Below, one piece after another: positions 8,937 to 17,309 of a DNA stretch of 64,000 nt. Each line of letters starts with the position of its first letter. Positions within the stretch are counted from its first letter, which is position 1. The translations under genes were made by a program, and so were the position numbers. The DNA comes from a virus, in the IMG/VR virus record IMGVR_UViG_3300045988_141624, positions 1 to 64,000 of that record; one strand, given 5' to 3'. The notes beneath the pieces are model-generated. The model did not search any database and was not told the origin of the DNA. It was given only the letters and a program-made list of their open reading frames with translations.

Positions 8937-9266
8937 TTATTGTATTTTACCCCTTTCTATTGTGATAGTCAAACCGTCACAATTGACAATGTAATATTTT
9001 TTTTGCGTTCCGTACATAATAAAATTTATTTGTTCGTTGTCAAAGTGTAAATATTTTTTTAAAAACAATGTCGCTATTTTTCTGGTGGTAGGTAAGGTTA
9101 TAAACGCCTGCGGGGCAATAGTTAATGTTTTCATGTCGGCGTTGTATTCCGCTATTATATCATTGTATGATTGCAAGGTGTAAAATTGATTGCAATCACC
9201 CCAGCGTATAATTGCCGCGTTTTTTATCGTGTTTCCATTCTCTTTTTTTAAAAATTCACAATACAT
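8937..9266 (-). CDS. Hypothetical protein, paralogue-like of the 9827-10123 product
   Basis: It shares the pattern Y.L.SY...I followed by (S/P)xTTR(K/H) and an F/L-rich tail with the neighbouring gene. Confidence 0.6.
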   Translation of the reverse strand: MYCEFLKKENGNTIKNAAIIRWGDCNQFYTLQSYNDIIAEYNADMKTLTIAPQAFITLPTTRKIATLFLKKYLHFDNEQINFIMYGTQKKYYIVNCDGLTITIERGKIQ

Positions 9267-9269
9267 TTT

Positions 9270-9800
9270 TTAGCCCTCCACCTTAAGGGGAATATCAGTT
9301 AAAACATAATCCCATGAGGTGCCCCAGTGCGTCACACCCCAAATATACAAATCTAGTTCTTCATTATAAAATACATTTTCACTTGTCAGCTCGCATAAAA
9401 TACGCGCGCCTTCATCCGATATAATATAATATTGAAATATCTCCGGCGGGTAGTCTTCTGCGTCTTTTAATTCCTGTATATCGGATTCGATTTCATTGTT
9501 TTTTTCTTCAAGTTTATTATATTCCTCCGTGTTTTCCTTGTCGTTGTCTATCATATCACGGAGAAGATCATCTATTTTTTCTTGTTTTTCAATTAGTTCT
9601 TCGATTTTATCGGAATTATCAATAATTCCGTTTATTTGCTCCCAAAAGCCTATTTCCATGGTTTTTTTCATTATGTCATTATTTAAAACCGTATCAAAGG
9701 CTTTTGCAAGCGTGGCATAATCAATATAACCATTTTCCAAGCCATAATCAGTAATTTTGTTCCTGTAAAAATATTTGCTTTTATGAATGTATTTTTTCAT
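9270..9800 (-). CDS. Hypothetical highly acidic protein
   Basis: D/E-rich coiled central region with a conserved-looking C-terminus, IWGVTHWGTSWDYV. No family assigned. Confidence 0.6.
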   Translation of the reverse strand: MKKYIHKSKYFYRNKITDYGLENGYIDYATLAKAFDTVLNNDIMKKTMEIGFWEQINGIIDNSDKIEELIEKQEKIDDLLRDMIDNDKENTEEYNKLEEKNNEIESDIQELKDAEDYPPEIFQYYIISDEGARILCELTSENVFYNEELDLYIWGVTHWGTSWDYVLTDIPLKVEG

Positions 9801-9826
9801 TGTTTTTACCCTCTTTTTTATTTATT

Positions 9827-10123
9827 TTAATAAACATACGGTTGACAGCATTTCAAAGAAACCCACCAATTTTTTCCATGTTTATCAATTCCTAAGTACT
9901 GCATGAAAGCGTTGACATGTCGTTGTGTTGTTTGTGACCATCCATTCCATAGTTTCTCAAACTCCCGTTTGTTTTTATCCCATTTACATATTAATGTAGT
10001 ATATGAATAGAGATAATAAGTACCGTGTCGTTCTAATAAGGTGCACTTATTATAGAATGATTTACGACCATCGACAGGTTTTAATTCAATTTTATTAATA
10101 AGTTTTCTCATTGTTTTTACCAT
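9827..10123 (-). CDS. Hypothetical protein (SY.T ... SQTTQRH motif)
   Basis: ORF with an RBS. It resembles the 8937-9266 product. Confidence 0.6.
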   Translation of the reverse strand: MVKTMRKLINKIELKPVDGRKSFYNKCTLLERHGTYYLYSYTTLICKWDKNKREFEKLWNGWSQTTQRHVNAFMQYLGIDKHGKNWWVSLKCCQPYVY

Positions 10124-10148
10124 CCTTTTTTTATTTTTTATAAAATTT

Positions 10149-10364
10149 TTACACGCGCAAAAAATCGCTTAAAAAATATTTTCTTCTATACCTATTAAAA
10201 TAAGCGTTGTCATTTGCGTCCCAAAAAATGCTGGTTGTTCGCACGCTTTCCTGTTTATCCATGTTATAAAAACACGATGTTATTTTATCCTCCTGTTCAT
10301 CTATCGCTAAAATAGCGATAGAGAATACGTTGGTCAATCCTTGTGCTGCGATTGGTTTTTTCAT
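10149..10364 (-). CDS. Hypothetical protein
   Basis: First ORF downstream of the leftward consensus promoter. The RBS is GGAGGT. Confidence 0.55.
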   Translation of the reverse strand: MKKPIAAQGLTNVFSIAILAIDEQEDKITSCFYNMDKQESVRTTSIFWDANDNAYFNRYRRKYFLSDFLRV

Positions 10365-10408
10365 TTTTTAATACCTCCGTTTTTTGTTTGTTCCTCTGAA
10401 CACTTTTA

Positions 10409-10436
10409 ATTATAATGATTTTTTTGTTTTTGTCAA
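10409..10436 (-). promoter_or_regulatory. Consensus promoter (leftward) for the 10364-to-8410 cassette
   Basis: On the minus strand: TTGACA (10436-10431), a 16-nt spacer, then TATAAT (10414-10409). Confidence 0.6.
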
Positions 10437-10949
10437 CACTTTTTTATAATTTTTTTGAAAATTTTTTATAGCCCCTTTATATATAACAAGGAATAAAATT
10501 ATATCATTTACATTTTTTTAATTTTGCAGCAAAAAACACTTGACTTTTTTATTCTACTTTGATATATTGACATTGTAAATTTTAATTCCGTTATAAAATC
10601 CAAAAGGATATAGGAAAAAATAAGCCTAAAAAGGTTGTTTTTCCTATATCCTTTTTTTATTGCACTTGTGTATAATTGTATATACATAGAAATGTATAAA
10701 ATTATATGTATAAAAATACAAACTATGCAAAATTCCTGCATAAAAAAATGTATATTTTGTGAATATTTTGCATAATTTTTAGGAGGCAAAATAGAAGATG
10801 GTAATAGCGAAACAAAAATTTTCCTGGGGCGAGGAAGATATGGTAATAGCGAAAATTAAAAATTCCACAGGAGAAATAATAAAATAACTATTGAAAAATT
10901 TTTAAAAGTGATATATAATAAAAACAAAAAAGAAAAGAGGTTGTGTTTT

Positions 10950-11642
10950 ATGAAAATTGGTTTTGATTGTAAGTATGTTTATGTGGAGCCTTTGGGTGTG
11001 AGAGAGGTATATGCTTCTCCAGCGAGTGAGAAAAATGCGTTTTGCAATCTCTGTGATGAAGAATTGGTTTTATCTTATGAAAATTCTAAGTTTTCTTATA
11101 GAGAATCATATTTGGGAATATTGAAAATTGTAGATGTACCATTTGACTATATTTACATTTGTCCATTTTGTTATTATTTAAATGACTACATTAATAAACT
11201 TACAGCTTGGGGCAAAACAGGATTTCATAAATATAAATTATTTCTTCCTAGTTTTCTGTCTTTAATGTTGGCAAGTAATTTAGCCACCGAAGAAAACAAT
11301 TATAAAACTCTTAACGATACAATTATTCTAAACAATACAAAACAAACTCTTTGGAAAGAATTTTTGGACATTAAATCTTTGGAGGGAAAACAAAATCCTG
11401 AATTAATTAAACGTATTCTCGAGCAAAGGTTTGATGTTTACAGTCATAAAGTTGTTAAGCTTTTAGAAAAACCGCTGACATTTAGCGAATATTGCAAGAT
11501 GTTTTTTAAGTCGTTGTTTTATCAAATGATAGAAGAAAAAGAAGGGGTAAGCAAAGATAATAAAAAGAATTCAAACCAAGAGGAAGGCGAGAACGTTAAT
11601 AAATCTGAATTTGGAAATTTCAAATTGATTTCCGAAATTTGA
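10950..11642 (+). CDS. Hypothetical Cys-containing protein
   Basis: The ATG at 10950 follows AAGAGG. It contains CNLC ... CPFC pairs. Confidence 0.55.
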   Translation: MKIGFDCKYVYVEPLGVREVYASPASEKNAFCNLCDEELVLSYENSKFSYRESYLGILKIVDVPFDYIYICPFCYYLNDYINKLTAWGKTGFHKYKLFLPSFLSLMLASNLATEENNYKTLNDTIILNNTKQTLWKEFLDIKSLEGKQNPELIKRILEQRFDVYSHKVVKLLEKPLTFSEYCKMFFKSLFYQMIEEKEGVSKDNKKNSNQEEGENVNKSEFGNFKLISEI

Positions 11643-11727
11643 AATTTTAAATCGTAATTAAAAGACCAAAACCTACCCCATATTTATTTAATCCAAAACC
11701 ACCCCTATATTAGAAAGGAAGATTATA

Positions 11728-11973
11728 ATGCAAGTTTATCATGGTGGCGAATATCCAATGACAGTTTATGATGTAGTGTATAAGGATGACTTAATATATT
11801 TTCTTATGTACCTTGGTGAAAAATGGACTTTGGTTGACGCAAGAGAATGTACTGTTAAGCCTATTTGGATGCCTAGTTATGAAGAAGAAATGGGATTCGA
11901 TGAATCAGATAAAACACTTAGTAATAGAGATTTCATAGAGATAACTGAACAATTGGAAGAATCAGATTGGTAA
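11728..11973 (+). CDS. Hypothetical protein
   Basis: The ATG follows AAGGAAG. Confidence 0.55.
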   Translation: MQVYHGGEYPMTVYDVVYKDDLIYFLMYLGEKWTLVDARECTVKPIWMPSYEEEMGFDESDKTLSNRDFIEITEQLEESDW

Positions 11974-12007
11974 TTATGTAAAATATTATTTTTAAAAAGG
12001 AGGAATT

Positions 12008-12823
12008 ATGATGAAAAAATATACAAAAGAAGACTTTGAAACATTCAAACGAGACGAACGCGGATGGCTAATCTGCCCTAGTGGGGATTATACAGAGATT
12101 AAAAAGTTCCCAAAGAGGTGTAAATTTGATGGTGAAAGCATATTCAGCAATTGGAGCAGATTCAGCGAGGAATGTAGATTTGTCAGCTGGTGTACCTTTG
12201 GATACAGGTGTAGTTTTGGTGAGAAATGCAGATTTGATAACAGATGTAAATTTGGTTTTTGTAGTAGATTCAGGGCGAGATGTAGCTTCGGCGAGACGTG
12301 TGTATTTGAAGAGAATTGTAGTTTTGGAGCTTGTTGTAAATTCGGAAATAGCAATATATTTCATGAAGCATGTATTTTTGACCAAGGCTGCATATTTGGA
12401 AAATATTGTTTGTTTTATAAAAAAAGTGTCTTTGGTTCTTACTCGAAATTAGGAGACGGCTGCGTTGTTAAAGAAGAATGTAGGTTTGGAAGAGATTCTT
12501 CTTTTGGGCGGGGTATTATTTTTGGACATAATTGTAAATTTGGTCTTAATGGTTTTTTTGATAAGCATTGCATTTGGGGCGAAAATTGTCTTTTCAATTG
12601 GACACCATATCAAACTAATAAATCACAGAGGGAGAAACAAATGAATGAAGAATTACAAAGTGCTTTCAATATTGTTGTAAAATATGGTTTTTGTGGTGAA
12701 TGTCGTTATAATTTAGATTCCAGATATTGCGAGGGAACAATGTGTTATAGAGATATGAATCTAATTCGAGACGCTTTAGAGGCGTTTTCAGAAAAGGAGA
12801 GTAATGAAAATGAAAAACTGTGA
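12008..12823 (+). CDS. Hexapeptide-repeat (CxFGxx) protein, copy 1 of a duplicated module
   Basis: About 25 consecutive 6-residue units, for example CRFDNR CKFGF CSRFRAR CSFGET CVFEEN CSFGAC CKFGNS. The N-terminus, MMKKYTKEDFETFKRDERGWLICPSGDYTEIK, is shared with the 15920 product. Confidence 0.75.
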   Translation: MMKKYTKEDFETFKRDERGWLICPSGDYTEIKKFPKRCKFDGESIFSNWSRFSEECRFVSWCTFGYRCSFGEKCRFDNRCKFGFCSRFRARCSFGETCVFEENCSFGACCKFGNSNIFHEACIFDQGCIFGKYCLFYKKSVFGSYSKLGDGCVVKEECRFGRDSSFGRGIIFGHNCKFGLNGFFDKHCIWGENCLFNWTPYQTNKSQREKQMNEELQSAFNIVVKYGFCGECRYNLDSRYCEGTMCYRDMNLIRDALEAFSEKESNENEKL

Positions 12824-13181
12824 AGATTGCAAATATTATGATGGATATGATTTTTGGAATGGAACAGTTTATTGTGAACGTAAAGGTGGATATGAAAACT
12901 GTCCGTATGATGACGAAACACCAATTAAAAATAATGGTGGTAAGATAGAAGTTGATGTTGGATTTATGCAAGATTACATCTATTACACATTAAAGAATAT
13001 AACAGAAAGAGAAATCATAGCCATTGCACAAAAAGAAATAAAATCTATTATTGCTGAAAACTTAACAGATAAAATCCTAGAGGATATGAGAGCGCAAATT
13101 AAAGACGTTGTCTCTAATTCAATATCTGAGACAATAGAAGATGAGTTGAAAGACAGATTTAAAAAAGAGCCAAACAGATGA
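12804..13181 (+). CDS. Cys-rich N-terminus plus coiled-coil protein, copy 1 of a duplicated module
   Basis: MKNCEDCKYYDGYD...YENCPYDDET.IKNNG.KIEVD.GFM.DYIY.TLKN aligns along its whole length with the 16518 product. Confidence 0.7.
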   Translation: MKMKNCEDCKYYDGYDFWNGTVYCERKGGYENCPYDDETPIKNNGGKIEVDVGFMQDYIYYTLKNITEREIIAIAQKEIKSIIAENLTDKILEDMRAQIKDVVSNSISETIEDELKDRFKKEPNR

Positions 13182-13303
13182 AGAAATTTAAACAAATTCT
13201 TAAAACAATATTACTTTGGATAGAATCAAGTTTATGTGTTGCATTTTTGTTGATTTTGTCTATAATAGGAATGAGTTGGTTGTTAAAATTATGGGGTGTG
13301 TAA
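13178..13303 (+). CDS. Small membrane peptide (41 aa)
   Basis: ATGA start-stop overlap with the upstream gene. Hydrophobic core LCVAFLLILSIIGMSWLL. It is below the ORF-track cutoff. Confidence 0.35.
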   Translation: MKKFKQILKTILLWIESSLCVAFLLILSIIGMSWLLKLWGV

Positions 13304-13565
13304 ATTGAGAACTAAGAAATGGATTTATATTTGTGACCACTGTGGGAAAGCAGAGATAGGAGGAAAATATAATTATTCTTTGCAGGCTTTTGAAGCCGCT
13401 CCAAAAGGTTGGTACAAATTAGGTCGCGAAGATTTGTGTCCAGAGTGTTATGAAATATATTTAAAATTCAAAAATGAAGTGAAAAATAAAGAAGTGAAAA
13501 ATGAAAAAGAAGATATTCTTACAAAAAATTGCACTTTTAGAAAAAACTGGCTGCGTTCAAATTAG
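13296..13565 (+). CDS. Zinc-ribbon-like small protein
   Basis: CDHC ... CPEC pairs. The start codon is uncertain (GTG 13296 or TTG 13305). Confidence 0.5.
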   Translation: MCKLRTKKWIYICDHCGKAEIGGKYNYSLQAFEAAPKGWYKLGREDLCPECYEIYLKFKNEVKNKEVKNEKEDILTKNCTFRKNWLRSN

Positions 13566-13604
13566 TAAATTTTGTGAAATTGATAAATTAAGGAGGCAAA
13601 ACTA

Positions 13605-14801
13605 TTGATTAAAATTGAAAATATTGATGTGTTTGGTTGGGAAGCAGCTATTCGTGGAATGCGTAATCCGATGAATAGTTGGGATAAGAGTGATAGCTGG
13701 AAATTTACGCATATGGACGCTTTTACTCAAGAACATCTTGGAGTAGGATTTCATATTGGTGAAAACGATCTTAAACTCATGAAATCACTCTCCAAAGCTG
13801 GCAACGACCATGCTAAGTTCTTGCGTATGATTAACGTAACGTGTGACATTACCGCTCCAAGATTTTGGTGGGAACAATTTTCGACATATCGTGTCGGGGT
13901 TGTGCAAAATAGTACGTCTACCATGCATCGACTGACGCATAAAGCTTTTGGAATAGAGGATTTTAGTTGTGAACATTTAAGAGGGTATTCTCCAACACAT
14001 AAAACTTTTATTCCTCCGTTAAGGGAAGATGAAGAAGTATGGCGAGTTTTCAACAATACTAATTATGAAGTTAGCAGCGAGGGTAGAGTTAAAGTTAAAT
14101 ATAATCAACATCATTTTGAAGACGGTAAACGAGGTTATTACGAACGAGAAATTGTAGGTTCCATACATAAAGATGGATATTTATTTGTAACAATTAAGGG
14201 AAAACAATATCCAAAACATAGACTAGTTGCTGAATTATTTATTAATAATCCATACAATAAACCGTTTGTTAATCATATTGATGGTAATAAACAAAATAAT
14301 CGTGTTGAAAATTTGGAGTGGTGTACACAAAAAGAAAATATTAAGCATTCTTATAAAACTGGTCTACAAGGAAAACCTGTTAAATCTCACCCCAGTAAAT
14401 TACTTCATTTAATTCCAGAAGCAAAAAAAATGTATTTAGAAGGATTGAGCAAAAGAAAAATAGCAAGTGAACTTGGTATTTCTCACCCTAGTGTAAGTTA
14501 TCTATTAGAATATGAAGAACCTAAAAATGAATTTAATGAATTATTAAAGACAATAGATAGGCTAAATATATTGAGAGAAGAGTATTTGGATACGAAAGAT
14601 AAAGTAGTATGGAGGAATATGATTGAACTGCTCCCGCAATCCTACAACCAAAAGCGCACGGTTCAGTTAAACTATCAAGTTTTAAAATCTATGTATTTTG
14701 CGAGACGAAATCATAAACTTGAAGAGTGGCATACATTCTGTGATTGGATTGAGAGTCTGCCATATTCAGAGTTGATTATCGAATGCGGAAGAGATAAATA
14801 A
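13605..14801 (+). CDS. Divergent ThyX-like (flavin-dependent thymidylate synthase fold) protein carrying an in-frame HNH endonuclease module
   Basis: The TTG start follows AAGGAGG. The flanks resemble the ThyX layout: GNDHAKFLRMINVTCDITAPRFWWEQFSTYR...NSTST, then LLPQSYNQKRTVQLNYQVL..MYFARRNHKLEEW. However, the RHRxxS motif is not conserved. Confidence 0.6.
   Translation: MIKIENIDVFGWEAAIRGMRNPMNSWDKSDSWKFTHMDAFTQEHLGVGFHIGENDLKLMKSLSKAGNDHAKFLRMINVTCDITAPRFWWEQFSTYRVGVVQNSTSTMHRLTHKAFGIEDFSCEHLRGYSPTHKTFIPPLREDEEVWRVFNNTNYEVSSEGRVKVKYNQHHFEDGKRGYYEREIVGSIHKDGYLFVTIKGKQYPKHRLVAELFINNPYNKPFVNHIDGNKQNNRVENLEWCTQKENIKHSYKTGLQGKPVKSHPSKLLHLIPEAKKMYLEGLSKRKIASELGISHPSVSYLLEYEEPKNEFNELLKTIDRLNILREEYLDTKDKVVWRNMIELLPQSYNQKRTVQLNYQVLKSMYFARRNHKLEEWHTFCDWIESLPYSELIIECGRDK
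14025..14520 (+). mobile_element. HNH (NUMOD4 plus HNH_3 plus HTH) homing-endonuclease-like module fused in frame inside the ThyX-like gene
   Basis: EVWRVF..NYEVSSEGRVK (NUMOD4-like), NHIDGNKQNNRVENLEWCTQKEN (HNH), and LSKRKIASELGISHPSVSYLL (HTH). Boundaries are approximate. Confidence 0.6.
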
Positions 14802-14837
14802 TACCTGATATTTTAAGCTAATAAAAGGAGAACAATT

Positions 14838-15038
14838 ATGATTAAATTTAATATTTCTATCTATTGCCAGGACTGTCCGGATTTTGAGCCCCAAGTAACC
14901 CAAAGACCAGAGCATATTAAATCAAATTATGGCGACTCATATTTTTATGGTGATACGCTTGTTGAGTGCAAATATCGGAATCGCTGTGAAACTATTTACA
15001 ATTATTTGAAAAAGGAGAAAAATAATGGCTCTTGCTAA
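14838..15038 (+). CDS. Small Cys-containing hypothetical protein
   Basis: The ATG follows AAGGAGAA. Confidence 0.55.
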   Translation: MIKFNISIYCQDCPDFEPQVTQRPEHIKSNYGDSYFYGDTLVECKYRNRCETIYNYLKKEKNNGSC

Positions 15039-15228
15039 GAAATGTGATCGTTGTGGACAATTGCATGAACATTATCCCCTCGGAAACCAGCCAGGGGTGT
15101 TTAATTCTATTGCTATATGTAGACGAAACGCAACCGGTACAACGGAATGCACAAAAACAGTTCTGGATTTGTGTCCAAATTGCATGGCGCTACTTGAAAA
15201 ATTTATTACGGAGGGAAAAACGACATGA
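15025..15228 (+). CDS. Small zinc-ribbon protein
   Basis: CDRC ... CPNC pairs. The RBS is AAGGAGAA. Confidence 0.55.
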   Translation: MALAKKCDRCGQLHEHYPLGNQPGVFNSIAICRRNATGTTECTKTVLDLCPNCMALLEKFITEGKTT

Positions 15229-15407
15229 TGCTTTCTTGTAATCGATTTGCGTTCGTTCCGCATTTATGCCTTGAATGCAAACGTTATATTTGGCTAGAAG
15301 GCTATAGAAAAGCAAAGGTCTGGAAGAAAATTTCAAATATGTACATCAAAGAAAATATTTGTAAAAGTTGTCTCACAAAATTTGATGTGATGACTAAAAA
15401 GGAATAA
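15225..15407 (+). CDS. Small zinc-ribbon protein
   Basis: ATGA overlap with the upstream gene. CLEC ... CKSC pairs. Confidence 0.5.
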   Translation: MMLSCNRFAFVPHLCLECKRYIWLEGYRKAKVWKKISNMYIKENICKSCLTKFDVMTKKE

Positions 15408-15422
15408 GAAAGGAGATTAAAT

Positions 15423-15875
15423 ATGATTATTGTTATTCTCGTCCTGGGTATTCTAATGGCTGTTTGGGGAATTAAGCTTGAACTCGATAAACCGATTGTT
15501 GGCGTTGCGTTTCAAATCATTGGTGCCGTTGTCAGCTTAGCCTCAATTATAGTTGTCGTTTTGTTGCTTGGATGTGTAATTGACCGAGTTGGCATTGATA
15601 AAAAAATAGCCATGTATGAGGAGGAAAATGCCGGAATCGAGCAGCAAATTACAGATGTGGTAAAGCAATATCAGGAATACGAAAGTGGTATCTTTAAAGA
15701 TATTGCTCCCGAAGGTGCTATGACACTTGTTACTCTTTACCCCGAGCTTAAATCCGATACTCTTGTCCAGTCTCAAATCGAGGTTTACATCGAGAACAAC
15801 AAGGCGATTAAAGAGCTTAAAAGCATGACTGTCAATGCGTCCTTTTATCGTTGGTGGTTATATTTTGGAAAGTGA
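15423..15875 (+). CDS. Membrane protein (two N-terminal TM helices)
   Basis: MIIVILVLGILMAVWGI and AFQIIGAVVSLASIIVVVLLLGCVI. The RBS is AAGGAG. Confidence 0.65.
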   Translation: MIIVILVLGILMAVWGIKLELDKPIVGVAFQIIGAVVSLASIIVVVLLLGCVIDRVGIDKKIAMYEEENAGIEQQITDVVKQYQEYESGIFKDIAPEGAMTLVTLYPELKSDTLVQSQIEVYIENNKAIKELKSMTVNASFYRWWLYFGK

Positions 15876-15919
15876 GAAATGAAAATGAAAGTCGATATAT
15901 ACACAAATAAGGAGATATA

Positions 15920-16492
15920 ATGATGATGAAAAAATACACAAAAAAGGATTTAGAAACATTTCAGAGAGATGAACAGGGAAGGTTAATCTGTCCCCACGGT
16001 GATTACACAGAGATTAAATTTTTCCCAGCGAGGTGCTGTTTTGCCATGGGAAGCACATTCGGTGAGCGGAGCAACTTTGGCCAAGAAAGTACATTCGGCT
16101 TGATGTGTGTTTTTGGCATGGAAAGCACCTTCGGCATGGGAAGTAGATTTGGAGGCGGGAGCAACTTTGGCGGGCAAAGCAACTTCGACACGGGATGTAG
16201 GTTTGGTAAATGGAGCCGCTTTGGCGAATTGAGCAGATTCGGCAAGGGATGCAGTCATGAAGGACTGACCAACAGCATATATGTGGCGGTTGACAGGATC
16301 GGCAGTGAGCTGCGGAAAACATATTTCTTCAAAGCAGAAGAGGGATACTTTGTCCGCGCCGGTTGTTTTTTCGGAACGCTTAATGAGTTCAAAACGAAGC
16401 TAAACAAAACGCACGGCGGCACAATTCACGAGATAACATATTTAATGGCATGTAATTTAGCGGTAAAATTGTTGGATTCGCAGTGGAAATAA
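15920..16492 (+). CDS. Hexapeptide-repeat (SxFGxx) protein, copy 2 of a duplicated module
   Basis: STFGER SNFGQE STFGLM CVFGME STFGMG SRFGGG SNFGGQ SNFDTG CRFGKW SRFGEL SRFGKG. About three quarters of the N-terminal 40 aa are identical to the 12008 product. Confidence 0.75.
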   Translation: MMMKKYTKKDLETFQRDEQGRLICPHGDYTEIKFFPARCCFAMGSTFGERSNFGQESTFGLMCVFGMESTFGMGSRFGGGSNFGGQSNFDTGCRFGKWSRFGELSRFGKGCSHEGLTNSIYVAVDRIGSELRKTYFFKAEEGYFVRAGCFFGTLNEFKTKLNKTHGGTIHEITYLMACNLAVKLLDSQWK

Positions 16493-16517
16493 AATAAATG
16501 AAACAGGAGGAAGAAAA

Positions 16518-17162
16518 ATGAAAGAATGTAGAGATTGTAAATACTTTGAGGGATATGACTATTCAGATGGTACACCATATTGTAAATATGAAAAGGGATA
16601 TGAAAACTGTCCGTACAATGATGAGACAGAAATTAAAAATAATGGTATTAAAATAGAAGTCGATGCAGGATTTATGCATGATTATATCTATCACACCTTA
16701 AAGAACACAATTGAAAAAGAAGCCAGCGGCATGGCACAAGAAGAAATAAAATCTATTATTACTGATAACTTAAAAGATGAAATTTTAGAGGAGATGAAAA
16801 GACAAATCAAAGAGACTGTTTCTGAGTCAATCTCTAATTTTATGATGAAAGAAATAACAATTGGTGGTGGGTGGAACAATCCTGAAAGGAAAGTAACTAG
16901 AGAAGAATATTTATCTGAAGTAATAGAAAACGAGTTAAAAGACAGGTTTAAATCTGATGTTTTAAGAAATTCTATCATAAATGAAATTGCAAAGAGTATA
17001 GATAATTATGATAGAAAACTTCGTGATGAGATAAACAAAGGTGTTAAAAATTATTTTGATGTAGCAACAAGACAAACTTTGACAGAGAATGTTGTTTCTA
17101 TGCTTATGACAAATGACACATATCAGAAACTTTCAAACAGCATGAAAACTTTCTTACCATAA
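16518..17162 (+). CDS. Cys-rich N-terminus plus coiled-coil protein, copy 2 (longer)
   Basis: It aligns with the 12804 product, with an insertion of about 30 aa and a C-terminal extension. Confidence 0.7.
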   Translation: MKECRDCKYFEGYDYSDGTPYCKYEKGYENCPYNDETEIKNNGIKIEVDAGFMHDYIYHTLKNTIEKEASGMAQEEIKSIITDNLKDEILEEMKRQIKETVSESISNFMMKEITIGGGWNNPERKVTREEYLSEVIENELKDRFKSDVLRNSIINEIAKSIDNYDRKLRDEINKGVKNYFDVATRQTLTENVVSMLMTNDTYQKLSNSMKTFLP

Positions 17163-17177
17163 TTAGGAAATACTCAA

Positions 17178-17228
17178 CATGAGGGATTGCCATATTTGGA
17201 GTTGATTACAGGCGGTACAGAAAAATGA
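17178..17228 (+). pseudogene. Orphan remnant of the ThyX-like gene's 3' tail
   Basis: It translates as HEGLPYLELITGGTEK*, compare ..WIESLPYSELIIECGRDK* at 14750-14801. No upstream gene body is present. Confidence 0.45.
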
Positions 17229-17309
17229 ACATGAATGACTGGGCAAAAAATTACATAGAAATTATTGCAAAAAGTGTGGTCAAGCTATTGATTGGAGTGA
17301 AAACAAATA

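Noticed and set aside
10508-10789. Minus-strand 93-aa ORF in the divergent promoter region.
   Set aside because: It covers promoter-like elements, has an A/T-driven low-complexity product, and has no RBS.
12068-12452. Long ORFs overlapping the 12008-12823 gene: two antisense (12068-12385 and 12088-12354) and one same-strand alternate-frame (12081-12452).
   Set aside because: They lie entirely within the hexapeptide-repeat region. Periodic repeat DNA keeps several frames open. They have no RBS, and the sense frame has the conserved N-terminus shared with its paralogue.
14025-14520. Intein or ORF-bearing group I intron as the explanation for the HNH module in the ThyX-like gene.
   Set aside because: There are no Cys/Ser/Thr and His-Asn splice-junction residues. 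No group I core strings flank it. The reading frame is continuous. The question is left open as a finding.
15983-16322. Three antisense ORFs inside the 15920-16492 repeat gene.
   Set aside because: This is the same repeat-periodicity artefact as in the paralogous gene.
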